NCBI GenBank assembly: GCA_032718475.1
Contig: JAUCBJ010003609.1
Coordinates: forward strand, 1-62,079
Length of the DNA: 62,079 nucleotides
Direction of reading: 5' to 3'
From: Nemertoderma westbladi
Lineage: Eukaryota > Animalia > Xenacoelomorpha
Shown one piece after another: positions 39,293-52,500 of this stretch (within the stretch, counting starts at the first letter, position 1; every line of letters begins with the position of its first letter). A program made the translations under genes and the position numbers. The notes under the pieces are model-generated. The model had not been told where the DNA came from. It did not search any database and saw only the letters and a list, made by a program, of their open reading frames with translations.

Positions 39293-39797
39293 CGAAGTGG
39301 GGACTTCGCGCAGCACGAAGTTGGCAGAGCCTTAGCGAATTGACACTGTTAGGGGGTAGGTCAATTTATGCAAATAGTCACGTTGGCCCTCTAGCGGCAG
39401 ACTGGAGAACTGCAGATGGATTCGCCTCCTTTGAAAGTCACAGCTAATGGTCTAATACATATCTGCCAAGTTTCAGCTTAAACGGATTAAAAGCAAAGAA
39501 ATGGGAGGGCATTTAATGTTTAGACATGTGGCCCTCTAGCGGGAGACCATTGCACTGATGGTGTCTGAAAGTCTCTCAAAAATCTCAACTTTTGCTCATA
39601 TTGATACCTACAAATTTTCAACTTGGCAGCTTTAAATCCGACAAAGTTATTAGCATGTCAAAATCGTAACGACGACGACGACGACGACGACGACAACGAC
39701 GACGACGACGACGACGACAACTATTTGCATAAATTGACCCACCCCCTAACAGTGTCAATTCGCTAAGGCTCCGCCAACTTCGTGGCTCGCCCCACAA
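39293..39797. mobile_element. Helentron/DINE-1-like (HINE) insertion
   Basis: Absent from the sister unit (compare GGATTACAAAATAGT at ~42097). It has ~65-bp subterminal inverted repeats (39314-39378 / 39720-39784), a terminal ACTTCG..CGAAGT stem-loop and a (GAC)n microsatellite, and sits in an A/T run with no clear TSD. Confidence 0.7.
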
Positions 39798-41811
39798 AGT
39801 AGTAAAAATATGGAAAAAGGTTAAACTGTAGAACTGCAGGTGGTTATCATCCTCGTAAACACAACCTATAGTTTATTTAGTTTAGTAGGTACTGTACAGT
39901 ACTTTTAGATCGCTGCCAAGAATCAACTCTAAAGAATTTAAATGGGAGAAAGATTTCACTTTCAGACAATTCGTCCCCTAGTGGCAGACTGGAGAACTGC
40001 AGACTGGTCAACATCCTTCCCAAAGACGCAGCCTATGATGTAGTACAGTAGACCTCTGCCAAGTATCAGCCTAAAAGCATTTTTAATAAATAAATGTGAG
40101 AATGTTTTCACTTTTCAGACATTTCGCACCCTAGCAGTATACTGGAGAACTGCAGACTGGTTAGCATCCGCCCCAAACACACAGCCTATGGTGTAGTACC
40201 TTTCCCAAGTATAAGAAAAAAAGCATTAGAAACAACGAAATGGGAGAAGGTTTTCACTTTCAGACATTTCGCCCCCTAGCAGCCGAATGGAGAACAGCAG
40301 TTTGTTCGGCGTCCTCCCCAGATACACACCCTATTGTGTAATACACATCTGGCAAGTGTCAGCCTAAAAGCATTAAAAACAACGAAATGGGTGAAGGTTT
40401 TCACTTTCAGACATTTGGCCCCCAAGCGGTAGACTGGATAAATGCAGACTGGTTCTAGCTCCTCCCCAAACACACATTCTATGGTGTAGTAGACCTCTGC
40501 CCAGTATCAGCAAAAAAGCATTATAAACAATGAAATGCATAAGGTTTTCACTTTCAGACATTGCGTCCCCTAGCGGCAGACAGAGCTATTGCAGATTGGT
40601 CAGCGTTCTTCATAAACACACAGTCTTTGATGAAGTAGACCTCTGAAAAGTATCAGCCTAAAAACATTATAAACATCAAATGGGATAAGGTTTTCACATT
40701 CAGACATTCGCCCCCTAGCGGCCGAATTGAGAACTGCAGGTTGTTCGTCGTCCTCTCCAGACACACACCCTATGGTGTAATACACATCTGCCAAGCGTCA
40801 GCCTAAAAGCATTAAAAACAACGAAATGGGTGAAGGTTTTCACTTTCAGACATTGCGCCCCCTACTGGCAGACAGAGGAATTGCAGATTATTCAGAGTTC
40901 TCTACAAACACGCAGTCTATGGTGTAGTAGACTTCTGTCAAGTACCAGCAAAAAAGCATTATAAATAATGAAATGGGTGAAGGTTTTCACTTTCAGACAT
41001 TGCGCCCCCTAGCGGCAGGCAGAGGAATTGCAGATTGGCCAGAGTTCTCCACAAACACGCAGTCTATGGTGTAGTAGATCTCTGCCAAGAATCAGCAAAA
41101 AAGCATTAGAAACAACGACATGGGATAAGGTTTTCACTTTCGGATATCTCTCCCCCTAGCGGCGGACTGGGGAATTGCAGATTGGTCAGCATCCTCCGCA
41201 AACACACAGCCTATGGTGTAGTATACCTCTGCCACGTATCAATTAAAATGCCTTAATAATAACGAAATGGGAAAAGGTTTTCTTTTTCGGACATCTCGCC
41301 CCTTAATGGCAGACAGGAGATCTGCAGATTGATCAGTGTCCTTCCAAACACGCAGTCTATGGTCAGGAACATATCTGCAAAGTATCATTTACAACATATT
41401 GAGACTGATGGTGTTACCGCTGTTATAGAGTTTCCTGCTGGTTGATCAGTAATTTGGCCGAAAATGGTTATGGTATAGCCCAATTTGACCACAATAATAC
41501 GCATTCACGCATAAATGATACATAAAATCAGCGTCGATATAACGACGTTTCGCGTCCATGTGCTTGGGGCAGTCTGCATCAAGTAGATGCGCATCAAAAA
41601 GTAGCATAATAGTCGAGACCCAACGCAGAGTGACAGAATGAACTGCTAGGCCTAACGCGCTACCGGTACCAAATTCACAAATCTGCATTCACGCTAACAA
41701 ACGCGCAAAATAAGACTCGAGATAGCGACAGTGCACATGCTCGTGGCGAGAGCTTTCGTTCGATGTATCGCGAGCTCCGATTGGTGCTTGTGTGTAGAAA
41801 CGTATAGCTTG

Positions 41812-41843
<32 letters not shown>

Positions 41844-44800
41844 CATGATATTTATATATATAGATAAACTAGAAAGCCAGTGGCCCTTCGGGCCACGGCT
41901 TTCTAGTTCACAAGCCTATTCACCATTCCAAACATTAATTCTGTAATTAATTAATTAACTTAACTTAACAAAACGTCACATGATTGACTGTTCTCTCAAA
42001 CAAAATTTCTGAAGCTATTTTACTACAAACTACTATGTACAACATAAGGCTTGTTGTATATACTGTAGTAAATGCCTACCAAGTATCATTTCCAAAGGAT
42101 TACAAAATAGTAAAAATATGGAAAAAGGTTAAACTGTAGAACATCCTCGTAAACACAACCTATACTGTAGTTTATTTAGTTTAGTAGGTACTGTACAGTA
42201 ATTTTAGATCGCTGCCAAGAATCAACTCTAAAGAATTTAAATGGGAGAAGGATTTCACTTTCAGATAATTCGTCCCCTAGTGGCGGACTGGAGAACTGCA
42301 GAGTGGTCAACGTCCTTCCCAAAGACGCAGCCAATGATGTAGTACAGTAGACCTCTGCCAAGTATCAGCCTAAATGCATTTTTAATAAATAAATGTGAGA
42401 ATGTTTTCACTTTTCAGACATTTCGCACCCTAGCAGTATACTGGAGAACTGCAGACTGGTTAGCATCCGCCCCAAACACACAGCCTATGTATGGTGTAGT
42501 ACCTTTCCCAAATATAAGAAAAAAAGCATTAGAAACAACGAAATGGAAGAAGGTTTTCATTTCAGACATTTCACCCTCGAGCGGCAGACTGAGAAATTGC
42601 AGATTGGTCAGAGTTCTCCTCAAACACGCAGTCTATGGTGTAGTAGACCTCTGCCAAGCATCAGCCTAAAAGCATTATAAACATCGAAATGGGAGAGGGT
42701 TTTCACTTTCAGACATTTTGCCCCCTAGCGGCCGAATGGAGAACTGCAGTTTGTTCGGCGTCCTCCCCAGATACACGCCCTATGGTGTAATACACATCTG
42801 GCAAGTGTCAGCCTGAAAGCATATTAATAACGAAATGGGATAAGGTTTTCACTTTCAAGACATTTGGCCCCCTAGCGGTAAACTGGATAAATGCAGACTG
42901 GTTCTAGCTCCTCCCCAAATACACAGCCTATGGTGTAGTAGACCACTGCCAAGTAACAGCAAAAAAGCATTATAAACAATAAAATGCATAAAGGTTTTCA
43001 CTTTCAGATATTGCGCCCCCTAGCGGCAGACAAGAACTATTGCAGATTGGTCAGCGTTCTCCATAAACACGCAGTCTTTGATGAAGTAGACCTCTGACAA
43101 GTATCAGCCTAAAAACATTATAAACATAAAATGGGATAAGGTTTTCACATTCAGATATTCGCCCCCTAGTGGCCGAATAGAGAACTGCAGGTTGTTCGTC
43201 GTCCTCTCCAGACACACACCCTATGGTGTAATACACATCTGCCAAGTGTCAGCCTAAAAGCATTAAAAACAACGAAACGGGTGAAAGTTTTCACTTTCAA
43301 ACATTGCGCCCCCTACCGGCAGACAGAGGAATTGTAGATTATTCAGAGTTCTCTACAAACACGCAGTCTATGGTGTAGTAGACTTCTGCCAAGTACCAGC
43401 AAAAAAGCATTATAAATAACGAAATGGGTGAATGTTTTCACTTTCAGACATTGCGCCCCCTAGCGGCAGACAGAGGAATTGCAGATTGGCCAGAGTTCTC
43501 CACAAACACGCAGTCTATGGAGAGTAGATCTCTGCCAAGTATCAGCAAAAAAGCCTTAGAAACAACGACATGGGATAAGGTTTTCACTTTCGGATATCTC
43601 TCCCCCTAGCGGCGGACTGGGGAATTGAAGATTGGTCAGCATCATCCGCAAACACACAGCCTATGGTGTAGTATACCTCTGCCACGTATCAATTAAAAGG
43701 CCTTAATAATAACGAAATGGGAAAAGGTTTTCAGTTTCGGACATTTCGCCCCCTAGCGGCAGACAGGAGATCTGCAGATTGATCAGTGTCCTCCCAAACA
43801 CGCAGTCTATGGTCAGGAACATATCTGCAAAGTATCATTTATCATATTATATTATATTCATTATCACAGATTGAGACTGATGGTGTAACCGGTTGATCAG
43901 TAATTTGGCCGAAAATGGTTATGGTACAGTATAGCCCAATTTGACCACAATAATACGCCTTCACGCATAAATGATACATAAAATTAGCCTCGATATAACG
44001 ACGTTTCGCGTCCATGTTCTCGGGGCAGTCTGCATCACGTAGATGCGCATCAAAAAGTAGCATAATAGTCGAGACCCAACATGTAGAGTGACAGAATGAA
44101 CTGCTAGGCCTACCGCGCTACCGGTACCAAATTCACGAAATCTGCATTCACGCAAACAAACGCGCAAAATAAGACTCGAGATAGCGACAGTGCACGTGCT
44201 CGTGACGAGAGCTTTCGTTCGATGTATCGCGAGCTCCGATTGGTGCTTGTGTGTAGAAACGTATAGCTTGGACAGACAAACGACAGACAGACAGACAGAC
44301 ACATGATATTTATATATATAGACTAGAAAGCCCGTGGCCCTTCGGGCCACGGCTTTCTAGTTCACAAGCCTATTCACCATTCCAAACATTAGATTAATTA
44401 ATTAACTTAACATAATTAACAAAACGTCACATGATTGAGTGTTCTCTCAAACAAAAGGACTGAAGCTGTTTTACTTTTCAAATTTCTACATAATACGTAC
44501 AACGTACAACGTATTATGCTACTTAGGTTGTATAAAGTAGATAAATAACTGCCAAGTATCATTTCCAAAGGATTACAAATAGTAAAAATATGGAAGAAGG
44601 TTAAACTGTAGAACTGCAGGTGGTTATCATCCTCGTAAACACAAACTATAGTTTATTTAGTTTAGTAGGTACTGTACAGTACTTTTAGATCGCTGCCAAG
44701 AATAAACTCTAAAATAATTTAAATGGGAGAAGGATTTCACTTTCAGACAATTCGTCCCCTAATGGCGGACTGGAGAACTGCAGACTGGTCAACGTCCTTC

Positions 44801-47800
44801 CCAAAGACGCAGCTTATGATGTAGTACAGTAGACCTCTGCCAAGTATCAGCCTAAAAGCATTTTTAATAAATAAATGAGAGAATGTTTTCACTTTTCAGA
44901 CATTTCGCACCCTCTAGCAGTATACTGGAGAACTGCAGACTGGTTAGCATCCGCCCCAAACACACAGCCTATGGTGTAGTATACCTTTCCCAAGTATAAA
45001 AAAAAAGCATTAGAAAAAACGAAATGGGAGAAGGTATTCATTTCAGACATTTCACCCTCTAGTGGTAAGACTGTGGAATTGCAGATTTGTCAGAGTTCTC
45101 CACAAAAACGCAGTCTAGGGGGTAGTAGACCTCTGCAAAGTATCAGCATAAAAGCATTATTAATAACGAAATGGGTGAAGGTTTTCACTTTCAGACATTT
45201 CGCCCCCTAGTGGCAGACAGAGGAATTGCAGATTGGTCAGAGTACTCCACAAACACGCAGCCTATGGTGTAGTAGACCTCTGCCAAGTATCAGCCTATAA
45301 GTACTATAAACAACGAAATGGGATAAGGTTTTCACTTTTAGATATTTCGCCCCCTAGCGGCCGAATGGAGAACTGCAGGTAGTTGGGCGTCCTCCACAGA
45401 CACACACCATATGGTGTAATACACATCTGCCAAGTGTCAGCCTAAAAGCATTATTAATAACAAAATGGGATAAGGTTTTCACTTTCAGACATTTGGCCCC
45501 CTAGTGGCAGACAGAGGAATTGCAGATTGGTCAGAGTTCTCCACAAACACGCAGCCTAGGGTGTAGTAGACCTCTGCCAAGTATCAGCCTATAAGTATTA
45601 TAAACAACGAAATGGGATAAGGTTTTCACTTTCAGATATTTCGCCCCCTAGCGGCTGAATGGAGAACTGCAGGTTGTTGGGCGTCCTCCACAGACACTCA
45701 CCAAATGGTGTAATACACATCTGCCAAGTGTCAGCCTAAAAGCATTATTAATAACGAAATGTGATAAGGTTTTCACTTTCAGACATTTGGCCCCCTAGCG
45801 GTAGACTGGAGAAATGCAGACTGATTCTAGCTCCTCCCCAAACACGCTGTATGGTGTAGTAGACCTCTGCCAAGTATCAGCAAAAAAGCATTATAAACAA
45901 AGAAATGGGATAAGGTTTTCACTTTCAGATATTTCTCCCCCTTGCGGCAGACTGGGGAATTGCAGATTGGTCAGCATCCTCCCCAAACACACAGCCTATG
46001 GTGTAGAAGACCTCTGCCATGTATCAGCTAAAAGGCTTTAATAATAACGAAATGGGAGATGTTTTAAGTTTCGGATATTTCGCCCCCTAGCGGCAGACTG
46101 GAGAACTGCAGATTGATCAGTGTCCTCCCAAACACACAGTCTATGGTCGGGAACAGATCTACAAAGTATCATTTAGAACAGATTAAGTCTGGTATCAAAA
46201 AGTAGCATAATAGTCGGACCTAACATGTATAGTGACAGAATGAACTGCTAGGCCTAACTGCGCTACCGGTACCAAATTCACGAAATCTGCATTCACGCAA
46301 ACAAACGCGTAAAATAAGACTCGAGATAGCGACAGTGCACGTGCTCGTGACGAGAGCTTTCGTTCGATGTATCGCGAGCTCCGATTGGTGCTTGTGTGTA
46401 GAAACGTATAGCTTGGACAGACAAGCAGACAGACAGACAGACAGACAGACAGACACATGATATTTATATATATAGATAATAGAAAGCCAGTGGCCCTTCG
46501 GGCCACGGCTTTCTAGTTCACAAGCCTATTCACCATTCCAAACATCAATTAATTAATTAACTTAACAAAACTTCATATGATTGAGAGTGTTCTCTCAAAC
46601 AAAAGGACTGATGCTGTTTTACTTTTCAGATATCTACACTGGTCAACGTCCTTCACATTGATGCAGCCTTATGATGTAGTACAGTAGACCTCTGACAATT
46701 ATCAGCGTAAAAGCATTTTTAATAAATAAATGTGAGAATGTTTTTACTTTTCAGATTCAGATTTATCGCACCCTAGCAGTAGACTGGAAATCCGGAGACT
46801 GGTTAGCGTCCTCCCCATACAAACAGCCTATGGTCATCATGCCTTTCCCAAGTATAAGCAAAAAAGCATTAGAAACAACGAAAGGGGAGAAGAATTTCAC
46901 TTGAGACATTTCACCCTCTAGCGGCTGACTGAGAAATTGCAGATTGGTCAGAGTTTTTCACAAACGCGCAGTCTATGGTGTAGTAGACCTCTGACAAGTA
47001 TCAGCCTAAAAGCATTAGAAACAACGAAACGGGATAAGGTTTTCACTTTCAGACATTTCGCCCCTTAGCGGCCGAATGGAGAACTGCAGTTTGTTCGGCA
47101 TCTTACCTAGACACACACCCTATGGTGTACTACACATCTGGCAAGTGTCAGCCTGAAATCATATTAATAACGAATTGGGATAAGGTTTTCACTTTCAGAC
47201 ATTTGGCCCCCAAGCGGTAGACTGGATAAATGCAGACTGGTTCTATCTTCTCCCCAAACACACAGTCTATGTTGTAGTAGACCTCTGCCAAGTATCAGCA
47301 AAAATGCATTATAAACAATGAAATGCATAAAGGTTTTCACTTTCAAACATTGCGCCCCCTAGCGGCAGACAGAGCTATTGCAGATTGGTCTTAGTTCTCC
47401 ACAAACACGCAGTCTTTGATGTAGTAGACCTCTGACAAGTATCAGCCTAAAAACATTATAAACATCAAAATGGGATAAGGTTTTCACGTTCAGACATTTC
47501 GCCCCCTAGCGGCCAAATAGAGAACTGCAGGTTGTTCCTCGTCCTCTTCAGACACACAGCCTATGGTGTAATACACATCTGCCAAGTGTCAGCCTAAAAG
47601 CATTATTAATAACGAAATGGTATAAGGTTTTCACTTTCAGACATTAGGCCCCCTAGTGGCAGACAGAGGAATTGCAGATTGGTCAGAGTTCTCCACAAAC
47701 ACGCAGCCTATGGTGTAGTAGACCTCTGCCAAGTACCAGGCTATAAGAATTATAAACAACGAAATGGGATAAGGTTTTCACTTTCAGATATTTCGCCCCT

Positions 47801-49549
47801 TAGTGGCCGAATGGAGAACTACAGGTAGTTGGGCGTCCTCCACAGACACACACCATATGGTGTAATACACATCTGCCCAGTGTCAGCCTAAAAGCATTAT
47901 AAACAACGAAACGGGATAAGGTTTTCACTTTCAGACATTTCGCCCCCTAGCGGCCGAATGGAGAACTGCAGTTTGTTCGGCGTCTTACCTAGACACACAC
48001 CCTATGTTGTACTTCACATCTGGCAAGTGTCAGCCTGAAATCATATTATTAACGAAATGGGATAAGGTTTTCACTTTCAGCCATTTGGCCCCCAAGCGGT
48101 AGACTGGATAAATGCAGACTGGTTCTAGCTCCTCCCCAAACACACAGTCTATGGTGTAGTAGACCTCTGCCAAGTATCAGCAAAAAAGCATTATAAACAA
48201 TGAAATGCATAAAGGTTTTCACTTTCAGACATTGCGCCCCCTAGCGGCAGACAGAGCTATTGCAGATTGGTCTTAGTTCTCCACAAACACGCAGTCTTTG
48301 ATGTAGTAGACCTCCGACAAGTATCAGCCTAAAAACATTATAAACATCAAAATGGGATAAGGTTTTCACGTTCAGACATTTCGCCCCCCAGCGGCCGAAT
48401 AGAGAACTGCAGGTTGTTCGGCGTCCTCTCCAGACACACACCCTATGGTGTAATACACATCTGCCATGTGTCAGCCTAAAAGCATTATTAATAACGAAAT
48501 GGGATAAGGTTTTCACTTTCAGACATTTGGCCCCCTAGCGGTAGACTGGAGAAATGCAGACTGGTTTTAGCTCCTCCCCAAACAGGCAGTCTTGGTGTAG
48601 TAGACCTCTGCCAAGTATCAGCAAAAAAGCAGTATAAACAACGAAATGGGTGAAGGTTTTCACTTTCAGACATTGCGCCTCCTACCGGCAGACAGAGGAA
48701 TTTCAGATTATTCAGAGTTCTCTACAAACACGCAGTCTATGGTGTAGTCGACTTCTGCCAAGTATCAGCAAAAAAGCATTATAAACAACGAAATTGGATA
48801 AGGTTTTCACTTTCAGATATTTCGCCCCCTAGCGGCAGACTGGGGAATTGCAGATTAGTCAGTATCCTCCAAAACACACAGCCTATGGTATAGTAGACCT
48901 CTGCCACGTATAAGCTAAAAGGCATTAATAATAACGAAATGGGAGAAGGTTTTCAGTTTCTGACATTTCGCCCCCTAGCGGCAGACTGGAGAACTGCAGA
49001 TTGATCAGTGTCTTCCCAAACACACAGTCTATGGTCAGGAACGTATCTGCAAAGTATCATTTAGAACAGATTGAGTCTGTTGGTGCAACCGCTGTTATAG
49101 AGTTCCCTGCTGGTTGACAAATTTGGCTGAAAATTGTTATGGAATAATAGCGCAATTTGACCACAAATAACCATTCACACATAAATGATGCATAAAATTC
49201 GCCTCGATATAACGACGTTTCGCGTCCATGTGCTCAGGGCAGTCTGCATCACGTAGATGCGCATCAAAAAGTAGCATAATAGTCGAGACCCAACATGTAG
49301 AGTGACAGAATGAACTGCTAGGCCTACTGCGCTACCGGTACCAAATTCACGAAATCTGCATTCACGCAAACAAACGCGTAAAATAAGACTCGAGATAGCG
49401 ACAGTGCACGTGCTCGTGACGAGAGCTTTCGTTCGATGTATCGCGAGCTCAGATTGGTGCTTGTGTGTAGAAACGTATAGCTTGGACAGACAAACAAACA
49501 AACAGACAGACAGACAGACAGACACATGATATTTATATATATAGATATA

Positions 49550-52500
49550 CTAGAAAGCCTGTGGCCCTTCGGGCCACAGCTTTCTAGTGCACGTGCAGAT
49601 GATATATGAATATGTGTGGAAGATTTGAGAACTGCATACGGAACAGACACCATAATTAAATAAAACACCACCCCCATACGAGATAACTGTCAAGTTTCAA
49701 CTTTAGGCAGATTGTAATTAACAAAATTTCCAAAAATTATCACTTTCAGATCCACCCTCTACCTGCGGACTGGTGAAATGCAGACGGCGCTGCAGTTTGG
49801 TAAAGATGGGGTTTATGGTGAAGTAAAATGCCTGCCTTTCAAGTTTCAGCTTAAACAGATTGTAAATAACAAAATTGGTGTAGATGTTCACATTCAGACA
49901 TTTCACCCTCTAGCGGTTGACTGAAGAACTGTAGACGACTCTGGGACTCCGTAAAGATACAGAATATGCTGTAGTAGATTCCTGCCAAGTTTCAGCTCAA
50001 AAGGATTAAAAAGAACCAATTGGGATGAGGTGTTCACTATCAGACATTTCGCCCTATAGCGGCAGATGGGGGAACTCTATACAACTCTGCGACTCCGTAA
50101 AGGTACAGCCTATGCTGTAGTAGATGCCTACCAAGTTTCAGTCTAAACCGTTTGTAAATAACAAAGTTGGAGAAGATGTTAACTTTCAGACATTTCACCC
50201 TCTAGCGGTAGACTGGGGAAGTGTATAGGACTCTGCAACTCCGTAAAGATACAGCCAATGAGTAGATACCTGTCAAGTTTCAGCTCAAAATGATTAAAAA
50301 GAACCAAATGGGATGAGGTTTTCACTATCAGACAATTCGCCCTCTTGCGGCTGACTGTGGAACTGTAGACGACTCTACTACTCCGCAAAGATATAGCCTA
50401 TGCTATAGTAGATGCCTACCAAGTTTCAGTCTAAAAGGTTTGTAAATAACAAAGTTGGAGAAGATGTTACCTTTCATACATTTCGCCCTCTAGCGGCAGA
50501 CGCGGGTACTGTAGACAACTCTGCGCGACTCAGTAAAGATATAGCCTATGCTGTAGTAGATGCCTACCAAGTTCAGTCTAAATGGATTATAAATAACAAA
50601 GTTGGAGAAGATGTTAACTTGCAGACATTTCGCCCTCTAGCGGTAGACTGGGAAATTGTAGACGACTCTGCGACTCAGTAAAGATTCAGCCTATGCTGTA
50701 GTAGATGCCTACCAAGTTTCAGTCAAAACGGATTGTAAATAATAAAGTTGGAGAAGATGTTAACTCTCAGACATTTAGCCCTCTAACGGTAGACTGGGGA
50801 ACTGTAGACAACCCAGTGACTCCGGAAATATACAGCCTATGCTGCAGTATATAGCTACCAAGTTTCAGCTCAAAAGCATTAAAAACAACCCAAATAAGAT
50901 CAGGTTTTCACTATCGGATAATTCGCCCTCTAGCGGCAGACGGGCGAACTTCAGACGGCTCTGAGTATTACGTTGCAACGAGTTAGGGCGAGACCTTTCT
51001 AACGAGATATAGCAAGCGAGATTTCATCGAGATGGGTTCGATTGTATAGCCGATGACAAACACACAGACAGACTGACTGACTGACAGACAATCGATATTT
51101 ATATATATTAGACTAGAAAGCCTGTGGCCCTTCGGGCCACAGCTTTCTAGTGCACGTGCAGATGATATATGAATATGTGTGGGAGATTGGAGAACTGCAT
51201 ACGGAACAGACACCATCATTAAATAAAACACCATCCCCCTAAGAGATAACTGTCAAGTTTCAACTTTAGGCAGATTGTAAATAACAAAATTTCCAGAAAA
51301 TGATCACTTTCAGATCCACCCTCTACCTGCGGACTGGTGAAATGCAGACGGCGCTGCAGTTTGGTAAAGATGGGGTTTATGGTGAAGTAAAATGCCTGCC
51401 TTTCAAGTTTCAGCTTAAACAGATTGTAAATAACAAAATTGGTGTAGATGTTCACATTCAGACATTTCCCCTCTAGCGGTAGACTGAAGAACTGTAGACG
51501 ACTCTAGGACTCCGTAAAGATACAGAATATGCTGTAGTAGATTCCTGCCAAGTTCCAGCTCAATAGGATTAAAAAGAACCAAATGGGATGAGGTGTTCAC
51601 TATCAGATATTTCGCCCTCTAGTGGCAGATGGGGGGACTGTATACAACTCTGCGACTTCGTAAAGGTACAGCCTATGCTGTAGTAGATGCCTACCAAGTT
51701 TCAGTCTAAACCGTTAGTAAATAACAAAGTTGGAGAAGATGTTAACTTTCAGACATTTCACCCTCTAGCGGTAGACTGGGGAAGTGAATAGGATTCTGCA
51801 ACCCCGTAAAGATACAGCCTATGATGTAGTAGATACCAACCAAGTTTCAGCTCAAAATGATTAAAAAGAACCAAATGGGATGAGGTTTTCACTATCAGAC
51901 AATTCGCCCTCTAGCGGCTGACTGTGGAACTGTAGACGACTCTACTACTCCGCAAAGATATAGCCTATGCTATAGTAGATGCCTACCAAGTTTCAGTCTA
52001 AAAGGTTTGTAAATAACAAAGTTGGAGAAGATGTTAACTTTCATACATTTCGCCCTCTAGCGGCAGACGCGGGTACTGTAGACAACTCTGCGCGACTCAG
52101 TAAAGATATAGCCTATGCTGTAGTAGATGCCTACCAAGTTCAGTCTAAATGGATTATAAATAACAAAGTTGGAGAAGATGTTAACTTGCAGACATTTCGC
52201 CCTCTAGCGGTAGACTGGGAAATTGTAGACGACTCTGCGACTCAGTAAAGATTCAGCCTATGCTGTAGTAGATGCCTACCAAGTTTCAGTCAAAACGGAT
52301 TGTAAATAATAAAGTTGGAGAAGATGTTAACTCTCAGACATTTAGCCCTCTAACGGTAGACTGGGGAACTGTAGACAACCCAGTGACTCCGGAAATATAC
52401 AGCCTATGCTGCAGTATTTAGCTACCACGTTTCATCTCAAAAGCATTAAAAACAACCCTATAAGATCAGGTTTTCACTATCGGATAATTCGCCCTCTAGC

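Larger units (their letters stand above)
33606..49549 (-). repeat. Family B/C units (central block; 1.6-3.1 kb, ~147-bp internal monomer)
   Basis: Shared TTCACAAGC 3' flank, GACCTCTGCCAAGTATCAGC monomers and CTCGAGATAGCGA..GTATAGCTTGGACAGAC 5' region. 35255-36901 is a more diverged variant. Confidence 0.9.
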
